From Candidatus Lindowbacteria bacterium RIFCSPLOWO2_12_FULL_62_27 (lineage in GTDB: Bacteria; Lindowbacteria; 2-12-FULL-62-27): a DNA stretch of 64,000 nucleotides. The position numbers and the translations under genes were made by a program. How positions within the stretch are numbered: the first letter of the stretch is position 1; each line of letters starts with the position of its first letter. Shown piece by piece: positions 55,634-64,000 of this stretch. The notes beneath the pieces were generated by a model, which saw only the letters and a program-made list of their open reading frames with translations, had not been told where the DNA came from and made no database searches. The stretch lies in NCBI GenBank assembly GCA_001784175.1, contig MFPR01000026.1:62001-126000 (forward strand). The letters run 5' to 3'.

Positions 55634-57304
55634 CTACTCCACAATCCCCTTCCACTCCGTCGGCAGCGTAACGCGGTACCCCAGCCGCAGCGCCAGGCGT
55701 TTGCCCGGGGGAACCTCGCGGTCCCAGGTTAAAATCCCTTCCGGGTTCATCTCGTACCCGCTTGTCGTCTCCATGATGTCTACCTGAATTTCCTCATGCT
55801 TGGACACGGGAACCCGTTCGATCACCCGGAGGCGCGCCGGGCGGTTCCTGAGATTTCGAATCCCGATCTCCCAGCCGCGCCGCACGGTCGTCTTTTTCCC
55901 CGTCCAGCTCTCGCCGGTCATGTCCTTGAGCCGTTTCCGTTCGACCGAAATCCGTTCGTCTATTCCGGCGGAGAGTTCCAGCGTGTCCCCGGATGGGACG
56001 TTGGGGATGTCCGACTGTCCCACGTAGGCGCCTTCGACGAAGACGTGGACCCGCCCCGCAAGCATCGGGTGGTCGGTGTCGTTCGTCGCCTCCGCCCAGA
56101 GGTACGCCTTTTCCGACAACATCGCAACGGCACGATACATCAGCGTCACCGGCAGACTCCGGTCCGACATCAACACCCGGTGTTCCTTTCCGTCGCTCGG
56201 CAGGCTCGTCACCTGCGGAATCTCAAACGTCGTCACAGCCCCCGCAAACGCGACGTGGCCCACTTCGAGTTTCCTTTCCGCGCGGACAGCTTTGGATTTC
56301 ATGGCGGGCGCCGCCGCCGGCTCCGGCTTCTCTGCGGGCGCTGCCTCCATGAACTCCGCGGACCCGGAGTATCGCATCTCCCCCTGCGCCCGTGGCGGCT
56401 CAAGATACCACGGCGGAGCGTTCGGCATCTGCGCGCCGCGGGCGGGATCGCCCGTTGAAAGGAACAGCCGCACCCCTTCCCAATCCTCTCCGCTGTTCTG
56501 GTGAATCACTCCGTACATGTCCATCTGCAACGCGCCCCGTTCCGGCTCGATGCGGGCGTCGTAGGCGGGCTGCCAGCGGGCGCCGCCGACGAGATAGGTC
56601 AGCTCCAGCCGCGCCGCGCCGGGGGCTCCTCGAGTGACCGCAAGGACGACGAACTTTTCCTGCTTGCTCCGCCGAGACCGCATTTCTTTCAATTCCGCGC
56701 GCGCCTTTTCGAGCCGCGCGTCGATTTTCCGTTTGTTTTCCTTCGCCTCGCGAATCAGTTGGTGGCCTTTCAGAATTTCTTCCGATACGGCGTCTGCAAG
56801 TTTCCGGTGCGCTTCGGCCGCCGGGGTAAGCGCCAACGATTCTTTCGCGAGTTTCTCGTTATAGGCGATCCGCATCTGCCGGGCAAACTGGATCCGTTCG
56901 TTCGCCGCGTCGATCCGGTGATCCTCCGCCTCGCGTTCCATCTCCAGCGCCCGCGCCTCCTCTTCAAGGCGCCGCACCGTCTCGTCGGTGACCTCCTCCC
57001 GCGCCTCCCGCTCCACCCGCAGTTCCCCGATCTGTGTCCCCTCGTCCGACCGCGCCTGCACAAACGCATCTTTAGCCGAAGGCGGAAGCGGTACCCGGAT
57101 CTCGCTCGCCCCCGCCGGAAGAGACGGCTCCACCACCTTCGTCACCTCCGCCTCCTGCCGGTACACCACAACCTTGATCACATTCCCGCGCGCCTCCACG
57201 CGTTCCACCGCGGCGGCCGGATAAAACGGCGGTGAAAAACAGAGGCCAAGAAGCGCGGCGAAACAGAAGAACGGAACAAGTCGACTGATTTTTTCAGGAT
57301 TCAT
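55634..57304 (-). CDS. DUF4140/DUF4139 (MuiA-like) exported protein
   Basis: VVVYRQEAEVT, coiled coil, LTYLVGGARWQPAYDAR, QNSGEDWEGVRLFLSTG and SLPSDG. ATG at 57304 after GGGAGG. Confidence 0.88.
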   Translation of the reverse strand: MNPEKISRLVPFFCFAALLGLCFSPPFYPAAAVERVEARGNVIKVVVYRQEAEVTKVVEPSLPAGASEIRVPLPPSAKDAFVQARSDEGTQIGELRVEREAREEVTDETVRRLEEEARALEMEREAEDHRIDAANERIQFARQMRIAYNEKLAKESLALTPAAEAHRKLADAVSEEILKGHQLIREAKENKRKIDARLEKARAELKEMRSRRSKQEKFVVLAVTRGAPGAARLELTYLVGGARWQPAYDARIEPERGALQMDMYGVIHQNSGEDWEGVRLFLSTGDPARGAQMPNAPPWYLEPPRAQGEMRYSGSAEFMEAAPAEKPEPAAAPAMKSKAVRAERKLEVGHVAFAGAVTTFEIPQVTSLPSDGKEHRVLMSDRSLPVTLMYRAVAMLSEKAYLWAEATNDTDHPMLAGRVHVFVEGAYVGQSDIPNVPSGDTLELSAGIDERISVERKRLKDMTGESWTGKKTTVRRGWEIGIRNLRNRPARLRVIERVPVSKHEEIQVDIMETTSGYEMNPEGILTWDREVPPGKRLALRLGYRVTLPTEWKGIVE

Positions 57305-57411
57305 CCTGGGAACCTCCCCGTGACGTGGCGGCAAGCACAGGTTCGCCTGCCGAATTTAATATTCATATGTATACAAACAAGGGGAGGATCGCGCAAGCAA
57401 ACAGATTCGAC

Positions 57412-58233
57412 TCACACCCCCACGCCCGTCCAAAATAAAATCGCGAGGCCCAGGATCACACAGTAATACGCGAAGTAATGGAACTTCGCCGATTGCAGCA
57501 TCCGGATCAGCGGCCGGATGGAAAGATACCCGATGATGCCCGCCACCGCGCCCGATACTCCATATATAAGTAGCGATTCGGCGGAGTGAATCTGCCCGGC
57601 GATGTACCGGGCCTCGAGGAGGCATGCGCCCAGAATCGCCGGAATCGAAAGCAGAAACGAAAACCGGCCGGCCAGGTCCGGCCTTAAACCGAGCAGGAGC
57701 GCCCCCGAAATCGTCGCGCCGGATCGCGAGATCGCCGGGAAGACCGCGATGCCCTGCAGGACGCCGATCACAATCGCGTCCACGACGCGCATGCCCGCAA
57801 GGTCCCGCGCCGGATGTTTGCGCAAGAGCGTCAGAAACATGATGACGCCCCCGATGATGAACTCGTACCCGATGCTCCGCAGGTCCGAAAACGCCGCCTC
57901 GACGCGCGACTCTACGGCAAACCCGATGAGCGCGGTCGGGATCGACGCCACGACAATAAGCGACATCATCTTCCCGGCGGTGGCTTCGGGGGCGTTCGGC
58001 CGCAGCCACCGCGCCGGCCGCGCCGCGTCGCGCAGCATGTCGGTCAGGTCCGCGCGGTAGTACACGATCACCGCCACCAGCGTCCCGATGTGCAGCACAA
58101 GGTCAAACGCGATCGGCGGCTCCTGGAAGTTCAGCATCACCTGCAGAAGCGCGAGATGCCCGGAAGAACTGATCGGAATAAACTCGGTGAGGCCCTGCAC
58201 CACCGCCAGAACCAGCGCCGTCAGATACTGCAT
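57412..58233 (-). CDS. uppP: Undecaprenyl-diphosphate phosphatase
   Basis: VQGLTEFIPISSSGHL, LHIGTL, PAISRSGATI and FSFLLSIPAILGA. ATG at 58233 lies 7 nt after TGCTATAAC. Confidence 0.96.
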   Translation of the reverse strand: MQYLTALVLAVVQGLTEFIPISSSGHLALLQVMLNFQEPPIAFDLVLHIGTLVAVIVYYRADLTDMLRDAARPARWLRPNAPEATAGKMMSLIVVASIPTALIGFAVESRVEAAFSDLRSIGYEFIIGGVIMFLTLLRKHPARDLAGMRVVDAIVIGVLQGIAVFPAISRSGATISGALLLGLRPDLAGRFSFLLSIPAILGACLLEARYIAGQIHSAESLLIYGVSGAVAGIIGYLSIRPLIRMLQSAKFHYFAYYCVILGLAILFWTGVGV

Positions 58234-58342
58234 GGCCGCCGTTATAGCACGCCGCAGGTCAAATTCAACCGCTCGGCATCGATCCCAAGCGTCGATCACG
58301 CGCCTGTTTCCATTCGTTGCGCCATAAAGTATGTAGTCTCAC

Positions 58343-61300
58343 ATGGCCGATGTGTATGAAGTGCGGATGCGTATGAAATCGTCAGTGGATGCAGTCAGGA
58401 AAACTCTGGCGGCCGTGGCGCTGGCGGGGTTCGTGTGCGCGGCCGCCGGGCCCGCCTGCGGGGCGGGGTCCATCAGCGCCCGGGAATTCAACTCGGGCGT
58501 GTCCCTCTTCAAGCGCGGGGAGTACGAGCTGGCCTCGGACGTGTTCCGGCGGATTCTTGAAAAAAGTCCGGAGGCCGGCCGCATCGACGAGGTTCAATAC
58601 TGGTATGCCGAGTCCCGGGACCGGCTGAAAGATTTTGCCGGAGCGTTCGAGTACTACGCGAAGGTGGCCCGTGAGCATCCCGAATCGAAGTTTCTCGCCC
58701 GGTCGCAGTTCGGCGCCGGATACGCAGCCTACCGGCTGAACCGGTTCCAGGAGGCGTCGGATTTTTTTGTGGAGGCCGCGAAAAAGGCCGACCCGCAGAT
58801 CCTCGAAGAAAGCCTCATCATGGCCGCCTACTGTTTCACCCGGCTCGACCAGCCGGCGCGCGCGGAAGATATCCTCAAAGAACTTCTGGCGCGGCCGAAC
58901 GTCGATGAAAAATTCGCGCTCGACGCGCGGTATGAACTCGGACGGATTTTCATCCGCTCCAACCGCGACAGCGACGCGCTCGCGATGCTCCGGCCGGTCA
59001 CCGAACATTCGAATCATCCGCGGCAGGCCGACGCCATGATGGCCATCGGCGACCGGCTGTACGAAAAGGGCAGTTTCGGCGAAAGCGCCGAGTGGTACGA
59101 GAAGGTCCTGAAAAACAGCCGGACGACGCCGGACATGAAGGCCCGCGCACAGTGGAATGCCGCGTGGTCCTACCTGTCGGTCGGCAACGACACCGCGGCG
59201 GCCGGCCGGTTCAAAGCGGTGACGGAGGCGCCGGACCTTCCGGCCGACATCAAAGGCGACGCGTGGTTGCGCCTCGCCGTGATCTCGCGGCGCGCCGGCC
59301 AGGCCACGACGTCGGACTGGAGGGCAAGCCAGGCCCTCGAGATCGCGGAGACCGCGCAGCTCAAACGTCTCGCGGACGACGTCCGCCTGTTTCTGGCCGA
59401 GAGCGCCTATCTGAAAAACGACTATGCGGCGGCGCTGGAGAGGGTCGAGAGGGTCCGCGAGCAGGGGTACGCGGCCTTTCAGCTTCTGGGCCAGGTGTAC
59501 TTCGACAGCCGGCGGTTTCCCGAAGCTCGGACGTTTTTCGAAAAGGCGGTGGCGGCGGCGGACGATGCGGACAAGCGCAATCTCTCGGCGTTTGATCTTG
59601 CACAGACACTTTACAATCTCCGGTCCTACGCCGAAGCGCTCACGGCCGCGGCGAAAATACAGTCTCCCAAACAACCGCTCGAGTCGAACCTCGCGGATTT
59701 CCACGCCAAGACGCTTCTGGCGGCGGGCAAGTACCGCGAGGCGGCGGAAAAATATGATGCGGTGGCCAAACAAAAAAAGGGGGTGGCTGCGAAAACCGAG
59801 GCCCTCTATTTTTCGGCCCTCGCCTACCACCGCGGCGATATGAACCCGGAGGCCAAGGCGCAGCTCGACAAACTCTTCGCCATGAACCCCCCCGCCGGCC
59901 CCTTCCGCGCGGGCGCGGCCGTCCTTCTGGGCGACATCCACATGAACCTTGGCGAGCGTGCGTCGGCGGTGAAACGATATCGCAAGGCGGCCGAGGAGGC
60001 GGAGGACTCGGACGTTGTCTACCTCGCGTTCACGCACCTCATCGACGCCCTGCTCAAAATCGACACGGCCCAGACGGTGGCCGCCTGCACGCAGTTCGCC
60101 CAGCGCCTGCCGCAGGACCGCACGTATGTGTTCGTCATGGAGTCCCTCCATGGCGCCGGCCAGCACGCGGCGGTCGTCGGGTATACGTCCGACGCCGTTG
60201 CGCGACTCGCCGGCGACGACACGGCCAGGACCCGGGCGGTTTATTACGACATGGTGTCGAATTTTCACTTGAAAGAATTTGAGCGGGCCGCGGCGTCCCT
60301 CAAACAGCTCTTGCGGCTGATCCGGTCCCGCGCGCCATCCGATCCGCTGGTGGAGGAGGCGGTCTTCTGGAAATGCCGGATCGACCACTCGGAAGGCGAC
60401 ACGGCCGGCGCGCGACGCGCGTATCAGGCATATCTGGATTCTTATCCTGCGGGAAAATATTCGCCGGACGCGCAATTTAATCTCGGCCTCCTGGCGTTCG
60501 ATGCCGGCGAGATGGACGCCGCCGAGAAAAAATTTCTCGAGGTCCTCGGCGGAACATCGCCCGGGGCCGCGGTGGCCGGCGGAAAAAGCATCCTGATCAA
60601 CGCCGTCTATAACCTCGCCTCCGTGCGGATCGCACGGCAGGATTACGCGGGCGCGCATGCGTGCCTGGCGGCGCTTCAATCCGCGCCGGGCTTTGCGGCC
60701 GATCCGGGCTATCGCGCCAAGCGCGGATTTGTGGAGATGAAACTGGGCCGGCTGTCCGACGCGGAGGGGATATACCGGGAGATTCTCGACAACGCGTCGG
60801 CCGGCCGGGACGTTCGTGACAAGTCGCTTCTGACACTGGTAGAAATGTTTTACCAGTCCGAACGCCTCGATGACCTGATCCGCCTCCAGGAAAAAGAGCT
60901 GGCCGGAGTGTCGGACCCGGAAGTTCGGGCGCGCGTGCATTACCTGGCTGGCACGATCTATTTCAACCGCGAACAATACGATACGGCGGCCAGAATGTTC
61001 GGCCGCGTCAAATCCACGCCCGACACCGCCCTCCAGGCCGACGCGCATCTCAAACTCGCCGACTGCCGGTACAACCTGAAAAACTACCGCGCCGCGCTCG
61101 AAGCGTACGAGGCCATCAGCCGCCTGTATCCCGGAACGCGCTGGGGACAGGGCGCCGACTACGCGCAGGGGCTGTGCAAGATCAAGCTGGGCAAAAAGAG
61201 CGAAGCGATCGACGACTTTGAACGGTTCCTCAAAGACCATCCCGCCTCGCCGCTCGCGCCGGGCGTGGCGCTCGAATCGGCGCGCCTCTTTTTTGAGACG

Positions 61301-63145
61301 GGCCGGATGGAGGAAGCCCTCGACAAAATCAGCCTCATCGAATCCCGCAACGAAAGCCCCTTCCGGCAGGAGGCGTCGCGGCTCAGGGTGAAAATCGCCG
61401 AACGGAAAAACAGTCCGGCCGATATTTACAAGGAAACGATCCGGCACACGCAGGCCTACGGCGCCGAAGGCGACATCGTTCTGGTGGCGGTGCAAACGTC
61501 CGTCGCCGCGGGAAAATACGATGAAACGCTGAAAACGCTCGACGGCGTGAACATGGACAAATTTAAACCCGAGGAGGCGGCGCGGATCGAGTTTTACCGC
61601 GCGGAAAGCCTGCGGCGCCTCGGGAAGCCCGGCGCGGAAGAAATTTATCAAAAGCTGGCCGGCGCGGCCGACTCCGAGGTGCGTCTGTCGGCGGCGTACC
61701 GCCACGCGGGACTTCTCATGGACCGCCGGCAGGGCGCCGTGGCCATGAGCGCGCTCGATCCCGTGCTCAAGGAGGGCATGGGATTCAAATTTTATCAGGA
61801 ATCCATTCTGTTCGGCCTGACGGCGTCAAAAAGGGAGGGGTTGTATGATCACACGGTCCGCGTGTACGAAACATACGCGCCGCGCCTGACGGATGCGTCG
61901 GCCCGCGTCACGGCGGCGGAATCGTACTTTTCCGCGTGTCTGGCGCTGGGCGCCGGGGACAAGGCCCTGAAAGCGGCGGATATTCTGATCCGCCTTGACA
62001 TCCCGGCCCGGCGCCTCACAGAGCTTCGAATCTCCGCCGCGAGTCTGAACGAGGATATGAACCGGCCGGAACTGGCCGAACGCGCCTATGAGGAAATCGC
62101 CGCATCCGCCGCTGAGCCGGACCTCCGGGAACAGGCGCTCGACCGGCGCGTTCAACTCGCGATCAACAGGGGTGCCGGCGGCCGGAAATTTCTCGAAGGC
62201 TTTCTGGCGGACGGACCGCCGGACGCCAAACGGGGACCGATCGTCGCCGAAAAATTGCTGGCCATGGCGATGAACGAAAAACGCCATGCCGACGCCGTTC
62301 GAATCGTCGACCTCATGGCCAAAAAACTCGCCGCCGTCCCGGCGTCCGCACGGTACCGCGCCGCGCTCGCCCGGCTGGAGATGTCGGACACCGCGGGCGC
62401 GATGAGGGAATTTGAGATCCTGGCCGATCCGGCCCTCGCCGATACGTTTTATGTCGCATGGTCGTCTTTGAAGCTTGCGGAGCGCGCCTATCGCGCATCC
62501 TCCAGGAAATCGGCCGAGCCGCATCTGAAGCGCGCATGGGCGAGGCGGGCCAATCTCACGGCGGAGGCGAAATCCGCCGCATACAAAATGCTCGCCGACA
62601 TTTATCTGGAGGACGAAAACCGCGAAGGGCTGGCCTTCCTCGCGCCCGAACCGCCGCTTCCCGGTGCGGACGACGAGCACAATCTTGTGCGGGGACTCTG
62701 GGCGTTTTACTCCGGCGATTACGTGTCCGCCGCGAGGCACCTGAAATCCGTGATGTCGAAGGAGTCGCGCGCCAAACGCCTGTACGCCGAGTCCCTCGTC
62801 TCGACCGCCGACACGCCCGCCGCCATGGGGGTCCTCGACGAACTCGCCGCCACGCGCGGAACCGTGGCGGCCGCGGCCCAGATGCGCATCGCCGACCTCT
62901 TTTTCGCCGCCGGCTCGACGAAGGACGCCCTGATCAATTATTACAAGGTCATTGACCAATACGAGCCCGACGAGAACAAGACCCTCGCGCCCGCGGCCCT
63001 GCTCGGCATTGTCCGGATCCACGCGAAAAACAGGGAACTTGCAAAGGCGCGGGAAATATTGGAAGAATTGAAAGAGAAGCATGGATCAAGCCGGGAGGCG
63101 GGGGAGGCGGAAAAAATTGTGAAAAGCCTGGGAAAGAAACGATGA
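58343..63145 (+). CDS. Very large exported tetratricopeptide-repeat protein (1600 aa)
   Basis: Signal-like N-terminus and continuous TPR/YfiO-like repeats (for example AYQAYLDSYPAGKYSPDAQFNLG and FERFLKDHPASPLA). Start may be 58367 or 58373. Confidence 0.85.
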   Translation: MADVYEVRMRMKSSVDAVRKTLAAVALAGFVCAAAGPACGAGSISAREFNSGVSLFKRGEYELASDVFRRILEKSPEAGRIDEVQYWYAESRDRLKDFAGAFEYYAKVAREHPESKFLARSQFGAGYAAYRLNRFQEASDFFVEAAKKADPQILEESLIMAAYCFTRLDQPARAEDILKELLARPNVDEKFALDARYELGRIFIRSNRDSDALAMLRPVTEHSNHPRQADAMMAIGDRLYEKGSFGESAEWYEKVLKNSRTTPDMKARAQWNAAWSYLSVGNDTAAAGRFKAVTEAPDLPADIKGDAWLRLAVISRRAGQATTSDWRASQALEIAETAQLKRLADDVRLFLAESAYLKNDYAAALERVERVREQGYAAFQLLGQVYFDSRRFPEARTFFEKAVAAADDADKRNLSAFDLAQTLYNLRSYAEALTAAAKIQSPKQPLESNLADFHAKTLLAAGKYREAAEKYDAVAKQKKGVAAKTEALYFSALAYHRGDMNPEAKAQLDKLFAMNPPAGPFRAGAAVLLGDIHMNLGERASAVKRYRKAAEEAEDSDVVYLAFTHLIDALLKIDTAQTVAACTQFAQRLPQDRTYVFVMESLHGAGQHAAVVGYTSDAVARLAGDDTARTRAVYYDMVSNFHLKEFERAAASLKQLLRLIRSRAPSDPLVEEAVFWKCRIDHSEGDTAGARRAYQAYLDSYPAGKYSPDAQFNLGLLAFDAGEMDAAEKKFLEVLGGTSPGAAVAGGKSILINAVYNLASVRIARQDYAGAHACLAALQSAPGFAADPGYRAKRGFVEMKLGRLSDAEGIYREILDNASAGRDVRDKSLLTLVEMFYQSERLDDLIRLQEKELAGVSDPEVRARVHYLAGTIYFNREQYDTAARMFGRVKSTPDTALQADAHLKLADCRYNLKNYRAALEAYEAISRLYPGTRWGQGADYAQGLCKIKLGKKSEAIDDFERFLKDHPASPLAPGVALESARLFFETGRMEEALDKISLIESRNESPFRQEASRLRVKIAERKNSPADIYKETIRHTQAYGAEGDIVLVAVQTSVAAGKYDETLKTLDGVNMDKFKPEEAARIEFYRAESLRRLGKPGAEEIYQKLAGAADSEVRLSAAYRHAGLLMDRRQGAVAMSALDPVLKEGMGFKFYQESILFGLTASKREGLYDHTVRVYETYAPRLTDASARVTAAESYFSACLALGAGDKALKAADILIRLDIPARRLTELRISAASLNEDMNRPELAERAYEEIAASAAEPDLREQALDRRVQLAINRGAGGRKFLEGFLADGPPDAKRGPIVAEKLLAMAMNEKRHADAVRIVDLMAKKLAAVPASARYRAALARLEMSDTAGAMREFEILADPALADTFYVAWSSLKLAERAYRASSRKSAEPHLKRAWARRANLTAEAKSAAYKMLADIYLEDENREGLAFLAPEPPLPGADDEHNLVRGLWAFYSGDYVSAARHLKSVMSKESRAKRLYAESLVSTADTPAAMGVLDELAATRGTVAAAAQMRIADLFFAAGSTKDALINYYKVIDQYEPDENKTLAPAALLGIVRIHAKNRELAKAREILEELKEKHGSSREAGEAEKIVKSLGKKR

Positions 63146-63501
63146 AGCTCACGGCATGGGCCGCCTGGACGATGGTCGCGTTTGCGCCGGCGACCGGCAC
63201 GGCATGGGCCGAGGAAGGTGTGGACGAGGTCACGGTCTTCGGGCAGGACCGCTCGCAGATCTCCGGGTCCGCGCTCATGGACACGGTGTCGGCCCGGACG
63301 TCGTCCAAACTCGATACGACGGAACTCCAGGCGGGTCTTGAAACCAAGGAGTCCGACATCAACCGGGAGGCAAGCAAGGCGGACAAACCGAAGATCGAGG
63401 AGGCCAAACGCGACAAGCCTGACGTCACGCCGCAGATCTCCTACCAGATGGAATGGAAATTGATCCTTCTCATCGGTCTTCTCGAATCGTCCAAGAAGTA
63501 A
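63142..63501 (+). CDS. Small exported hypothetical protein
   Basis: Signal peptide ending in AWA. ATGA overlap with the TPR gene and TAATG overlap with the next ORF. Confidence 0.7.
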   Translation: MKLTAWAAWTMVAFAPATGTAWAEEGVDEVTVFGQDRSQISGSALMDTVSARTSSKLDTTELQAGLETKESDINREASKADKPKIEEAKRDKPDVTPQISYQMEWKLILLIGLLESSKK

Positions 63502-64000
63502 TGTCTGATCCCTGCGCGCGCCTCGATGCCGAACGCCGCCGCCGCGATCTCACCTCGGCCATCGCCGCATGCACGACGTTCTATTTCTTTCCGTTCTTTT
63601 TGAGTTTCATGATCGATGTGTCAAGGACCGCCGAGCCTGCTGTGCCGCCGGAGGTCCGGATCAAGATCATTTCCGAGTCCGAACTTCAGATCATGTTTCC
63701 GGAACCGGCCAAATCCACGATCATGGCCGGCGCGCAAAGACCGATTCCTAAAGTCGGGGCGCAAATGGAAACACTGGAACGTAGAGAAACGCTGGTCGGC
63801 AGGTCCGCGCCTGACCCGCTCACATCCGAGCTGCCCGCGCCGGCGGAACTTGAACGCCGCAGGTCGGACCCGGCAAGCTGGGAGGCGGATCGGACGGAGA
63901 TGGCCGAAAAAACGGCGTCGGCGCATGGTGCGGTGGACCTGCCAAAGCCTGTCCAGGAAGAAGTAAAATCCGTCGCGGATCGGAAACCCGAGCCCATCCA
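63501..64000 (+). CDS. Partial membrane-anchored Pro/Glu-rich protein, possibly TonB-like
   Basis: Frame is open from the ATG at 63501 to the window end: MSDPCARLDAERRRRDLTSAIAACTTFYFFPFFLSFMIDV followed by a P/E-rich linker. The diagnostic C-terminus lies outside the window. Confidence 0.5.
   Translation, partial: MSDPCARLDAERRRRDLTSAIAACTTFYFFPFFLSFMIDVSRTAEPAVPPEVRIKIISESELQIMFPEPAKSTIMAGAQRPIPKVGAQMETLERRETLVGRSAPDPLTSELPAPAELERRRSDPASWEADRTEMAEKTASAHGAVDLPKPVQEEVKSVADRKPEPI

Noticed and set aside
58382-61705. 1107-aa antisense ORF, and the many other long overlapping ORFs in the track
   Set aside because: These are antisense or alternate-frame shadows expected from high-GC codon bias. 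They show no recognisable motifs and lie opposite well-supported genes.

Overview
GC-rich bacterial chromosomal window, apparently from a diderm (it encodes a secretin, lipoproteins and predicted beta-barrels). I found no rRNA, tRNA, CRISPR array, transposase or phage genes. All family calls come from motif recognition by eye, with no database searches. Housekeeping genes: alaS, ndk, uppP, a HIT hydrolase, a PabB-like protein, an NCS1 permease and a radical SAM enzyme. Three envelope-related blocks stand out. (1) 6.7-12 kb is a competence cluster: comEC with a degenerate metallo-beta-lactamase (MBL) domain, a separate intact MBL gene, two comEA-like genes and an unlisted 58-aa coupled ORF. (2) 15.6-33.2 kb is an accessory island of large exported proteins: an Ig-repeat/FecR protein, a 2159-aa B-lectin mosaic protein, an Ig/NTF2/Gly-rich protein and a beta-barrel+NTF2 protein with a decayed second copy at a deletion-like junction. 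(3) 33.2-46.9 kb is an unusual type IV-filament operon: a PilM-PilN fusion with a Pro/Ala insert, PilO, a TM-anchored PilP/GspC-like protein, an 8x Ig-repeat protein, and a 2201-aa secretin with about nine N-domains and three C-terminal ComEA-like helix-hairpin-helix (HhH) modules. A perfect CRP-type box lies upstream of this operon. The secretin-HhH fusion is the best candidate for an undescribed system (an elongated DNA-uptake or secretion conduit). Its last HhH module is closely similar to the C-terminus of a TPR protein at 54-55.6 kb. Also present: PilT/PilU, a low-GC Phd/RelE toxin-antitoxin pair, REP-like repeats and several likely leaderless genes.
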